Below, piece by piece: positions 12,556 to 25,555 of a stretch of DNA of 64,000 nt. A model generated the notes under the pieces. The model was given only the letters and a program-made list of their open reading frames with translations. It did no database searches and was not told where the DNA came from. The stretch's first letter is position 1. Every line of letters starts with the position of its first letter. The DNA comes from Laetmonice hystrix (Eukaryota): NCBI GenBank assembly GCA_965235115.1, contig OZ249436.1, positions 7,132,001 through 7,196,000 of the forward strand, read 5' to 3'. Position numbers and translations under genes: made by a program.

Positions 12556-15500
12556 GTAAGAAGGCATTATTGTTCAGGCAGCTTATGACAACTTGCTCAT
12601 GACATTGACAGTCATATTTGAAGAGAAACTCGTGGATGAGTACCGGTAAGCTAGCAGTATGGACAACCATCCCACTAATAAAATTTATTAAAACAAAGTT
12701 TTTTAAGGCTGCAAAAGCAGGAATCTTCAGAGGTCATAAGATTTCTAAGTTCCAAATTTTCAAGGTTAGTGCCTGCAGGTATGATCATCTTTAATCTGAC
12801 TATCGCTAATTAAATCATGCGCCGTTCAGAGTCGTGAAAACGTCGGGGTTTATAGCATGTGTATCAGGTATCAAAGTACCAGTTGAGAAAATGTGACTTT
12901 TTTATTTCCTTCATTAGTTCTACTGCATGACTTTTGTTTTTATGTTGTACTTGTGACTCCCTGGAGTTGTGTTACTAGTGGCCTCTTGTGAAGTACTATA
13001 TACAGTTTTGTAAACTCTGCTATCGGAATACACGCTACAGAAGTTCTCATTATATGTACATGTATATGACCCGCATTCATTGGAATCTATTTTATCACTC
13101 TTTGATTTCATGGACAAATTAAGTGTGAGGCAACTAGCATAAGATTATCTCACTGATAACAGAGGCTAGAACTTGGTTAGAAGGTTAAAGTCTTGTGGAT
13201 CTCTCTCGTTCTAGTAGTAGTAGAATAGTTGTGTACATAAGTACTAGATGTAGTTGAATAGTTCTTCACGTACGTTCTCTGATTCAAACCAAGACGTAAA
13301 GCCAAGTAAGTTGAATCAAAAATGCATTGGAAATTAAGATTTGAACCAGCAACTGAAGTTTAGAGTTATACAGGCATAAACAGGTGGTGGACACTTTGGT
13401 CCTACATGTATCGGTACGGATTCAGTTATTCACAGTCCAACTTCGTTGAAGGTGCAGAGCTCTGCAAATTTATGTTGGAACAAGGTGAATGTCGGTCAGA
13501 TGGGGAATCCGCAACAACCAACGAAGATTAAGATTATTGGATTAGAGACATTTTGAAAGAGAAACATTCAGAGCGTTCTACATTCTTTAAAGCTTTAGAA
13601 ACCACCATTAGGTTAACCTGTGCGAAAAACGTGATTAGTTGTCAGTGTGACTTAATTAACTCAAGACTACTTAAGATTTGATAAATACTTTTGTGTTATT
13701 TTGGGCGGGGAAAAGAGCACATCTTGACCTCCTTTTGAGAAATCTGCTGAAGATTTAGTCACCAACTGAAGTAGCAACAAGCAGAGAAAATAGCGCGGCC
13801 AAAGGCTAGTCAAAGTCTGCTGCTCATTTGCAGTGGAATGAATTAGCATCTTCATCAGACATCACCGCATGCACATAAAATGCCAAGAGACCCACTTTAA
13901 AATTCAAATTGTCTGCAAATGTCAAATTAAATGGTGACAGGTGAAAATGTCTTTTTAATCTTATCACATGTCAGTGATTCTTTGTAAGTCTTCAGATGAA
14001 GCGAGATAGTGATGTCTATTAATACTGATAGCTCTTAATGAAGAGAAGTCAAGGACAGGCGCATTGAAAACCACAGTTTGAAGTTTTAGTAAACTATATG
14101 GTGGTTCTGTAGACAACTAATGCAATAATTTCGAAAGAGAAATTATTTGTTTAAAAAAAAACACAACTTCTCCGTACTTTCATAAAGGTGAACTTTGACC
14201 ATTTATTCTATTAAATCATATTTTCCCAGACATTTTGGAAAGTGGTTTCACATTATCTTGATAATCAGATTAGAGGAACGATTGCATGCTCCCTTTGTGC
14301 TTCCCCTTTCATATCTCCACAAAAGTTGCTCCCTCTGATTAAAAGAAAGCGTTTTATCTCAACATAAAGCTTTGAATATCTGTTAGCCAGCCCCACGGGA
14401 TTGTCAATCCATTATAATGGCAATTTTAATCAAGATGAAGTTAAATATTTGTGGTGCACCGTTGAAATGTTGTGTTTGTGCGAGGCCACTCATTGATTGC
14501 AGTGGCTTGTGTCTTTCTCTTTGTGGCAGGTGTCGTTTGCGTGAGGTGTACCTAGCTAGAGCTGTTGACAGGTTAGTTGCTACTTCAATTTCCACCTAGT
14601 GGAAATCACTGAATTGACACCTGGTGGACATTCCATGTACTAAATATTGAGATAAATGCATTTGGTGCAAATCTTTGGCATGGGAGGCCCCAGACTTTTT
14701 AATTTTTCTATATCGCAGCCTAGACTATTCAGAAAAAAATATGTTTAATAAATGGGGTCTTTTACCCGCACTTATGGGGCATTAAGCCACAATCCAATAT
14801 AATATTGTATTTGGAGCCTATTGCACCCTGGGGCTTAATGCAAGTCGATAACCGCCTCCCTCCTCCCAAATTTCTGCACCATAATTCTGTGTATGTTTGG
14901 GAGTTGAAAAATTTCCAACCTTCAATTTTCACGAATAAGAAGGCTCGGCTAATTCTATGCCTATTTCATGTGCTTATGCTTAAAAAATATTTGTACCGCA
15001 ATTTATTGTGTGGTCAATGTTGTGTACGTGAGTTATGTGCATACTCCTTTAGGTGTTTTCTTGGTTTCCCGTCAGTTATTCGGCAAGTAGTTGCAATCGT
15101 TTATTTCAGGGGAATATTTCATCACTCAGTTTGCGTCAGAAAACTTGATGTTGTGTGAAGTTTTTTACACTTTCATGGTTACAAGATAACGAGGATGCCA
15201 TGCCCTCCCGCCTACCTTTGTCACAAAGGATTGGTTACCTTGGAATGTTTACAACAAATGCAATGACATCCTAAACGTGCCAATTATTTTTGGTAGCCAT
15301 AATTAGTCATAACTATCTGAGTGTGTGCTATTATAGATGCAGAGACAATTTGGAATGCAATAAATTTTTTATTTCAGGAGCATAACATAAGTACACAACA
15401 ATGACTGAAGTTATGCTCGGAATGTAAGCAAACCTGTGATAAACCTTGGTATGTGAAAGATGATTGACATTAACACACAGATGAGAAGTATCTATCTGAT

Positions 15501-17585
15501 GTACCCGTCAGCCATGTCCCCCTGGGACACAACCGTCAGAGTCAAGCTTGACAGGTTCTCTGTAACTGTTATGATATTAGTACTAGTAAATGATCTTCAT
15601 CCTGGCCATAAACATGAGGAAAGAATGAATGGTGGAATGTTGATAGTGAAATCAGCCAGTTTGGACAATCTCCAGGAAAATGATGATAACTGAAGTTTAA
15701 ACATCTGATTCTCTCGTTAGTGAAGCTCGATCCTGACCAGGTGTATGCAGGGAATGGTTCGCCTCCGCTGCACTGTTTCGGGTGTACAAGGGACTTGATA
15801 AATAGTTTCAAAACGGAGGATGTCCGATAGGACAAGATACCGTGTACATACAAAATCTGGGACCTGCCTATGTGTGACGTACTCGTACATTGTATTCGAG
15901 CAGAAACAATGACCAGAGCATTATTGGAATTGCCTTGGTAATAATTCACTCGCTCACTCCCACACTCTGTCAGGTATGGAAGTCAACAGTTGCCAAGATA
16001 CCTGGCTACCATTGATATGTAAATATCTACTCCCACTATAATATAATAGCCAGAGGTCAAATTAGTAGTCAGCGGTTATCCTGCAGAATCCGCTAGCCTA
16101 GTTGTCCCACAAGCTCATTAAAAACTCCCTATTTTGTCATTAGCTGCGACCATGGATTCATGTGACCAACAGTAAGTTATACCTGATATACCTGGTATAC
16201 AACTGGAAACCCCAGATTACCTTGGGTTGCACAGGTATTATGGCTCATTAACGTTGATTGGGTGTAATGTATGAGACCCTAATAAGGCCGCCGCCATTCG
16301 ATGCCTTGTTAGTTGGCCTGATTAGGTAGATAAATATTGAGTGGAAGTATCCCTAGGTTAACCGAGTAAATAGGGGTAGCGGTTGACCGGAGTACCGTCT
16401 CTCAGTGCAGACATTAGGTCAACATCTCACATGGTAATATAACTTGATAAGATAAGTACGGTCTTTGGTACGATGAAGATTATAACAGGGATGCCTGGGG
16501 AGGATGAATTAGGAGTAGTAATGATGGATTATTGTTAAAAGAAATGATATTTTAAAATATCATTAACTGATTAAGATAGCGAAGTATAACTGTCAAATGT
16601 TGAATACAATTACATATAGCATAGCGGAGTCGCTGTGACTCTCAAAGAAACCGGCCCACATATCCGATATCCGTTTTCCCAGAAGTTTTCTGGAATTGGA
16701 TACCGTGAAGGCAGCAGCCCGCCAGGTGGCAGGCGCGCATGACGGCAGCATGCTCGAGGTGGCCGGGTAGTATAACGTCAGCAAGGTGACGGCTCCCGGC
16801 TTCAGGACGCTGAACAAACAGTGCAGCATGTGGCATTCCAGGAGAAGTCACCTGGGATTTGGAATCCCATGTTTGGGAATACCAGCCTGGATCTTCCCAT
16901 GATAATCTCCTACTCATACTCCTGGTAGTAGTAGTCTGACGAACTGATCTATGTGGTGCTAGTCTTAAAAGTGGAGTTAAGACTTCTCGAGAGACTTGTT
17001 ATTAATTACGTAATGTCCTCTAAAATACTGTTCGTCAATGGCAGTGGCACTGAAGTTCTGTGAACTCGGCTCTTACATTGAGGTACATATATTCATGAGC
17101 TTGAAGTAGCACCGTATTTTCTGATCAGCCGTGGTAAACAAGAATATAGGATGACAAGAACAGCGTGGGATTGAGGAGTCAGTTTGTGGTCTGTCTCTGA
17201 GGCGCCCTGCCAGGCGTGCCAGTTGTGGAAATCAAAGGAATCCTGTCGACCTTCGAGTAACCGTAGGAGTCCGGTCATTGTGGTAAACAAGGTGAGGTGT
17301 GCAGCTCAGATTGTATACCACACCTCCGACCACTGAGTGACTCTCAGTGGGACAGCTGTCAAAGTGTCTCATCCCGGACTACAAACACTGAGGTGACGGA
17401 GCTCCTTGTTAGATCGTTATAGCATCAGAGGTTTACCACCATCAAACCCACGTGTTCAAAGGTTGCTTGGACACAGCCAGCCAGCGGTGCAGACGATGAG
17501 AATGGTGTAGTTGTACCACCCTGATTTTTTGTACCCGTACATTGTGGATAAGTTGGACGTAACATTAACCACTTTAGGAGGAACA

Positions 17586-17642
17586 ATGTTGGAGGCACCT
17601 CTGGCCCCAGTGAGGGAACTAGTGTCGGCCTTCACACATCAG
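17586..17642 (+). CDS. Candidate alternative N-terminal exon MLEAPLAPVRELVSAFTHQ
   Basis: acaATG, 19 codons, consensus donor CAG|gtgagt, phase 0. Confidence 0.6.
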
Positions 17643-20600
17643 GTGAGTCTTTACCAGGCTTCGTCTCCAGGTAACGGTTGTTTTACATAACTTGAGGTCA
17701 ATCATCATGTAATATTGGGATGATAACTCAGCGGTACCAGCTTAGACAGCTGGAGAACAGATGGAAACTATGGAGTTGCGAGTTAGTACGGGAGGGGTAG
17801 TTTCATGTCATGTGAATATTAGACCAAAGTGACGTCTCATCAAATGCTGCGATTCCTACACAAGATTCCCGGATGCAGGTTACGACATTGGCAGCAATTG
17901 ATTGGCAGTGAGTCTGAGGCCTTCAGGGTGTATTGAATATTTTAATAGGACATCAGACTAATGGATATGGCCAGAGTTAAGTTCAGCAATGTTGAAATTT
18001 AACGGTTATCATGTCTCTTTCACCCATTGACACCATTTCACATGTTTCAACGTATATTTCCTTTACAATTGAACTGCTCTCACTCGAGTGTGGCATGTGC
18101 CTTGTTTCCGCAACACTGCTTCACAATAGTCAAGACAAAAACAGGGAGAAATTGAAGCGCGGGGGGGGGGGGGGGTATCCTTACCCCCTTGCCCCCCCCT
18201 CGACCTGCTACTGAATAGAGTTAGTGAATAATATCAGGGTGTGATCGTGTTGGTGGAGTGGCCCCGTTTGGAGGCTGGGACCCATGGACTCCTCCTGCAC
18301 TACATTTGTGTAAGGTGGCGCCCCCTATGTAAACCTAGGCATACTACAAATACCATCCAGCCATAGCGATGAACGGCATTCGGTGTTTCTCAATAAAGAA
18401 CATTTGTAATTAAACAAGTGATTGAAGTTCTTTCAAAAAATGAAAATTATGATATAGGCAGTCGACCGTAAGTGGAAATTATTTGCCATAAACCTCTGGG
18501 CCAGTATGGCTGAATGCCTATAGTTGCTACCTGAGTGACATGTCGCAACATAAACAAAATTGCATTATATTTTTATTCATGTTGCAACTTCTCCAATACA
18601 GCTCGTAGTTACTCTGATAAGAAAGATACGTTGCTAGTAACATAATGGGTAGGTGGCATGTTCAGTTATTAGCGATGTCCTAATACAGACTGAACGCATT
18701 AGATGTCCACCAGCCTTGAGTGCAATGTGAATGTTTTATAAAGAAGTGGGCATCTACCGTTGCCATCCATTTCTCTCGAGTACATATAAAGCAGTCCAGC
18801 CTGCAAAGCTGTCATTAGTCAGTGTATTCTTTATATTTGGGGAACCAGTGCTGCATGACGATTGTCAATGTGTCGGCTACCCCGGGACAGGGAAACATTA
18901 AGGATATCCGTGGGGCAAAACTGGTGGCAGACGTACTGAGGCTAGACGCCATAAATCGCCATTTTGTTCTACGTGTACATTTCAAATATCTTATGATCTT
19001 CTGACATTTCATAATTTCGCAAGCTTTTATCTCGTTGATTATACATAATTTAATCGAAATTGACATTGTTTCCAATGTAAAGAGCTGCGTTTGGCTTTAA
19101 TTGCCTTCAGTTCACTTTACCTCCTGAAATTTATAATCCAATATCGGGAGATGTCCTTGCATTGGCTGTCGAGAAGCGGAGACTTAACTCTAGTCATTGC
19201 TGGACTCACAAAACGCAGATTAGAACCGGAGTGTGGGTTTCCTTGCTGATGATAACAATGTCATAATTTTAAATGTGCTATGTCTGGCAGGAGACCTAGT
19301 AAATAATTATGTCACTTGCCATGGTTTTGCTTGGACTTGTCCAGAATGAAGTGAACTAAATAAAACCAGATAAGAAACGTAATCCAGTATGTTTTGTGGC
19401 AGTGTTTGCATATGTCGTCTATTGGTTAATCCCAGGAAACTGATCTGACTTAATTTAAGGACACAGACCGATGAGGATCAAGTGGATATTTTTCAAACAT
19501 ACATGGCTACTCGTAGATCACACCAATCGATCACAATCTTTGCATACAGTGTTTGTGGTATACAGAACATCATTATTGAGGAAAATGTTTGCCTAGAAAC
19601 AGGACAAAGAAAGAAACAGCTGACCGAGAGGAGAGAGTGGTGACCCTTCCAATACAACTACGGTATGCCTGAGAATACACCTGGTCCATAGACAGGCTTG
19701 TAATATTCTGATTGACAGCGCCACCTGGATCGGTACACCACCTGGTGGCCACATATGTCATTGCAACTACACATGCAGCTACTCAGGAGCACATCACTTT
19801 ATTACACACACGGATCCCTTTCCTCCCTCCCCCTCCCCTTTTTAGTAACTTTTTTAGTTTAATTATTTATTTTTAAAAAATTTTTTTATTGGATTATCTT
19901 GTTAAATAACGATCTTCCGATAGTCGACAAACGTATAAGTGTAAAGATAGAGTACAATGTTCTTATCATTGCTTCACAAACGGTTTTGGGCCATGTGTAT
20001 AACATTCTGAAAAGAAAATGGATCTTGTCAACAAGAAGACTTGGTTAATACTGGTAGATGTCCTGTACAGTTCAAACCCCTTGGAATGTTCTGTATTTTC
20101 ACAGATCGTCAAACGGATTATGATTTTGATAAATGATTAGATTAATTTTTCTCAGACATATAGATCAATTTATAATTCAGTTATAATGAGAATTTGGTGG
20201 TCCTAACATGCGTATAATATAAACGCTGTCCACTTATGTTAAATAGTGGAATGGTCGCTAGATATTTGATAATTTATACAACTGGTACTTAGCGGCGGTT
20301 GACATGGGGTCACATATGGTTATTGTCAGACGGGTAGGGGTGCCCTGTGACTGGATGCATTCTTGTTCCATAAGGTAACAGCAGGGGATTGAGTCACCTG
20401 TGTGGCAGCATATGATGGACAGTCAGGACAGATGGCAGGACTTCCCAAGGTTCAGTGTGCCTGCTCTGTGGGTCGTGACAGGTTTTGAAAACAGGTTTTG
20501 AATGAATGCATGAAACATGCAATGACGACTCCCGGCTGTTCTAGGCATTGTCCGTACAGCTTATCTACACGGCAGGTCATTGTAGACCAGCACTGAATGT

Positions 20601-22285
20601 GTTGGGGAATTCCACTAATTAAAAAAAAAGGCTAGGGGAGTTGTGTAGTGCTGTCAGATCATGAAGCTAAAAAGATATAACCTTGGATCGATAAGCTGAC
20701 TCATCAGGCGCGCAGTCTGGGTCACTTACCTAGATATGACTGTTTGTCAAAATACTATGGGACTCTTGTCACTATGGCTATGGGGCCAAATCTAAAAATT
20801 TAAAACATTTAAAAAAAATTGTGGTTGAATAAAACCTATGGTTCTTTTGAAAACGATTCAACTGAAGAAAAAGGACTTGCGCTCTCCCAGTCCGAGATCC
20901 ATACCACAGATATAGCTAGACTCGGTTGTAGTTGGTTGATCGATCCGTTCGGGTTCAAGGAGAGAGAGTACTGCTGACTACAGAGACCAGGACCCAATTT
21001 ATGTGGCCCAATGATTGGTACCTAAGTGTGCGAGATACTCCCGGGTCTATGTTAGATTGAAGCATCTTTTGAGAAACCGGGAAGCCTGGCAAGGAAGGTC
21101 TGGGCTCTGGCTGAGATGGCAGTCGGGCTGTGTTTTTCTGGAGTACTGGTTGCCATAGCAGCACGTGAACATGGGATATGGTTCAGCTGGATGTTAAAAT
21201 GAGAAGGATGTGGACGAAGATTCAGGTAGGTCTTGTTGTCTGGGGTGATTGTATTGTGACCAGTGCTGGAGTGCGCCGGTGTCTTGTCGACACGTAGGCA
21301 GGAAGCAGCTCTGACAAACTGCACGTAGGCCATGGCAGCAGGCCGATCGCTCAGCAGTCTACTAGCTGTGTTATACATGTAGATCATGGAGCTACCTTAT
21401 CAGCTGATTCACCATGATCGGCTGTGATTGAGACTGACCGTGTTTCAGGCCAACCATGGCCGCCAGATAGGCAGACAGCGCAGTCAGCAGTGTGACAGCA
21501 ATATGAAAGCCGCCAGCAGAACTGAAGCATTCATATGACATTGGCAGACCGAGGATTTCTCGGTGCTTGCCATTTATAATAGATGTTTGAACAGCGCAGA
21601 TGGAACTGTGTTGGTCTGCACGTGCCTGACCTAATTACATTCCATGCTACCTTGGCGGAGGATGATCCTGATGGTTCTGATGTTTCTATATGGGTGATTT
21701 GATGGGCTAACATGGTGCCTGCTGACCACCATATGTCATTGTAATGGGGCCAGTATCAGCGGCTGTAATAAGATCCCGGTGGTGCTGCCAACATCTGAGG
21801 CCAGCTGGCAAGGGTCAACACCCTAGCGGCCTGGGCTGAGGAGTCTCTGAGAAAGTCAAGCTGGTAGGGGTGGGGGCTGGGGTGGGGCCCCAAGGCCAGG
21901 TCATTGCGGTGGAAATTTTGAGAACATTTGGATTTGTAAAAGCCGCTTACAAAATCTGCCAAGCTTTTGGGCATCCATCGGGAATAGCAACGTCGAGATT
22001 GTGGAAATTGAAGTCGAGCCAGTGCCCAGTGCAAATATGTTTGCTCGGCAGCAGTGCCACTGTACTTATCTAATCGTAGTAAACGCTCCATGTTGAACTT
22101 GAGCCCCCCCCCCCCCCCAAAAAAAAAAAAACAAAAAAAAAAAAAAACATTAAAACATTTGGAGTCTCCTTCAGTTCTAGGAGAAATAGCATGTTTCATT
22201 GAGTGTGCAACATTTACTGGAGACTGCTGATGATGACAAGCTGTCTCTGGTGGGCGCCGAGGACCGTAGAACTGCTGTCCGTGTC

Positions 22286-22352
22286 AGCGATGTTAAAGGG
22301 GTAACTCCCCGGGTCTCCAGCGATGTTAAAGGGGTAACTCGCCGGGTCTCCA
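22286..22352. repeat. 2 x 33-bp tandem duplication
   Basis: CAGCGATGTTAAAGGGGTAACTCSCCGGGTCTC repeated. Confidence 0.85.
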
Positions 22353-23423
22353 GGGTCGATTGTTCAGCAGGTGAGGACCTGAGGTTCCAACCGATGCCCT
22401 TAATAACTCCTATAAAGGGGATTTCCCTGTCGATGATTCACTGATTTAATTATTCATGCAGATCACTGAAATATTGTTCACCCAAATGATTTCCCACTGT
22501 ATTACTAGTTTTCTCGTTTTCGTAATGTCCGAAAAGGATATTTTCCCCCTTAATATTGTGGGCAAGTAAAAGAACATGGCATGAATTCAAGTCTTACATC
22601 ATTGGCAGTCGTTGGTATTAAAGTAAAAAAGACTGAGAATAGGAATGAGTTCTTGGAAAAACGGAAAATAAAGACATTAGCAAAAACACGTGTGTAATAG
22701 AAAAACGTGACGTGAGAAAGTAACCATTAACTGTGTAAAGCATTAATAAGACGGGCTCCCTCAAGCATTGGCGTCGAATTTGCTTTAATTTGTCACATGT
22801 TAGGTTTCAAAGGTCGATTCGTCATTCTGGTACCTTAACTTAAGTGACATTTACGGCTTAAATTTTAATCAATCAACCTGGAACATAAAACTTGGTGTAA
22901 TTTCTCAAAATTCCAGCGATTTTAGATATTTTTCAATTGATGGGAATATTAAGGAATGGTTCTTTCCTTTCAAGATTAATGCCTATGGTATTCATTATTC
23001 ATTTGCACTGGTTTTACCAGAGAAACAAGTACGTGTATGGCTATAGCATTTTGTTCATCAGTAAGCAACGAGCTGCGATCACATCACCATAGATATTTAA
23101 TGATTTTCTTTTATCCAGTACTAAAGGAGGTTTAGTTTGAGAAAGTTTAAATGGGCGACATATTCCTATTTTTTCTCTGTGCTGTTGTTCACCAGTATCA
23201 CTGTCAAACGAAATGGCCTCATGAAATGATCATCAGACATGTTTTCCAATCGATCCTATTGGCGCATCTGTCGGTGTTATCTATTGATGTGAGAATGTTA
23301 ACTCAGATCAGAAAGGTAACTTTCCTCTGATGTGAGCTGTTGTGTACGTACTGCAGGTGTCACAGGTGTCGGTACTGACAAACACTGTGACTGATCCAAG
23401 AGGTAACTTACTTCGGGTAAGGG

Positions 23424-23491
23424 GTAATACTAACAGGCGTCAGCAGTTGAGGGATAAGTAATACTAACAGGCGTCAGCAGTTGAGGGATAA
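23424..23491. repeat. 2 x ~34-bp tandem duplication
   Basis: GTAATACTAACAGGCGTCAGCAGTTGAGGGATAA repeated. Confidence 0.85.
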
Positions 23492-25513
23492 ATGAAGCCC
23501 TGAGCGTTGAAGCCTAATTCCCAGCATTATTAACAGTTTCTGAACATGACGAATAGATTTTGTGTGGCCAAGACTTTATCTATATTTCATTATAAGTTCG
23601 GGAGGACCGTTCTAACTGAGGTACTTACACTGTGCTGTACAAGACGGGCAGTCAGTCTCTATATGTTCCTTGAGAGGGCAGCACCAGTCCCCCCACACCC
23701 CCCAGGCTTCATGTTGTGTTTACAGGAAGAACTGGGGTGAGTGAGGAGTCGGTGAGTGACGTTTTTATGTCCTGCCAGTCGGTATCCAAGGCCATCTTCA
23801 GGTGAAAATAAAGTTATTTGTACTTTGTTCTGTCCAAAGTTCTGCCGTTACCCACGGTATAGAGGGAAGATTGTAATTAGTAACACAGGTATGAAGGAGA
23901 TCATTGAGCAGCCGCTTGTATCTCGAGATATTATATTGACAGGAATGGTGAATGATTTAAAACAGGATTTACTTATCTCTTTATACAGGTCACAGATTGT
24001 TTAGACGTTAGAGAGCTTGCGTCTTGATTGGGTGCTAAACATTGGAAACTTATCGTGTCAGTGTCGCAATGGGGGTAACTTTATTGGCAGTCATTTCCAC
24101 TCGTGATCAACGGTATCAGCCATGCTGTTTTATTACCACATATCCAGGTGTTAGATAAAAATTAGAAATGCTCTCGTATATTCAGAAAGCCTGCTTACCT
24201 ATTCATGGTTGGTATAGTCATGAATATGTGAAAACAGTAGGAGATATAACTGGTCTGTGAAGGACTCGGTCGCAGGGAGTCCAAGGGAGAACCCTGTAAA
24301 GATGGGTGTTTGGAGTGACTTCCACTCAGAGTACGTGGTGGCATTTACAAACTAGAACAGGATCAGCCTCGGGAATCAACCGGGAACCAGCTCATTGATT
24401 CCAGGGTATGCAAGGTCGATGGTGCCTTAAAAAACAGCTTGTTAAATTACTGAATGTGAAAGTGAGACGACATGGGGTTGAGACGTGTGTTACCCCCGCC
24501 CGTACTCCAACCCGACTCCAAGGTGTGGTGAATGGGGGGAAGGTGTGGGAGGTCTTGGAGTCACGTGAGAGAGCATGACCAACGAGGTGGGTTTCCCCTC
24601 ATTGTGGGTCGGACCAGTCGAGGGGCTGGCAGCCGGGCCTCTGGTACTTCCTACACACGGCTACAACACCACAGTCCGGTCGTAAATACCACCACATGGG
24701 TACGCTACCGAACCGAACCCTCCGGCAACATGACAGTTGTGAGCTGCAGGCAGTAACGGCCAAGTTTGACGAACCAACTGCCAATAGGACAGTTGTACAA
24801 TAGTGGCCTGTGATTCTGATTTACTTGTGTAAACGTATCAAACCAAGCGTGCACTGGTTGGTATCTGCAGTCTGCATGGATAATCTGGTGGATTATTGCT
24901 GGTATTGGCTGTGTGGATGACGTGGTGGTGCAGTCAGACAAACTGTCCACCCGGTGGGAACGGGCCAGACTGTAACGGTGAGGAAATGTTATTGATTGCC
25001 TATAGTGGTGTACCGTAGCCACCCAGCCCAGCCAGCGGCCCGCCACAGCATACAAAGGAAGCGTTACATGTTCGTTACACATGCAAGCTGGCCTGGACGT
25101 CCTGGACCACAGAGTTCCCTATATCCCCACACGTCAGTCTGCTGTGTAAGCCCGCCTTGACGCACAGTCACAGGCACATTGAGGAGTGGGAAGACAGCAT
25201 CACAACCCGTCATCACGACATCAGCAGCAGCAGCATCATCATCGTAGGTACCAGTGACTGTCACTGTAAAAACACAGGAGAAAACCACCAGAGAGGCTCA
25301 CTCAATAACAGAGGACGGCAGTGGACTTGTGGTATAGGCGTATGATCTGGATGATATCAACATATCTCTCTCCACGCCTAAGGCCAGATATTTTACTCTG
25401 GCTGGTCCCTGCCTGTCATATTGCACATGATATAAAACCAATCAAGATCTTGAACAAGAAGGGGTATTAGGTCGGAGATGAAGAACAATCAGCTGTGTTG
25501 TAATCTCTCAACC

Positions 25514-25555
25514 ATGTCTCTCAAACATATCATCAAGATGTCCTGCTTTACTGTG
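25514..25555 (+). CDS. Candidate alternative N-terminal exon MSLKHIIKMSCFTV
   Basis: accATG, 14 codons, GTG|gtgagt, phase 0. Confidence 0.55.
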
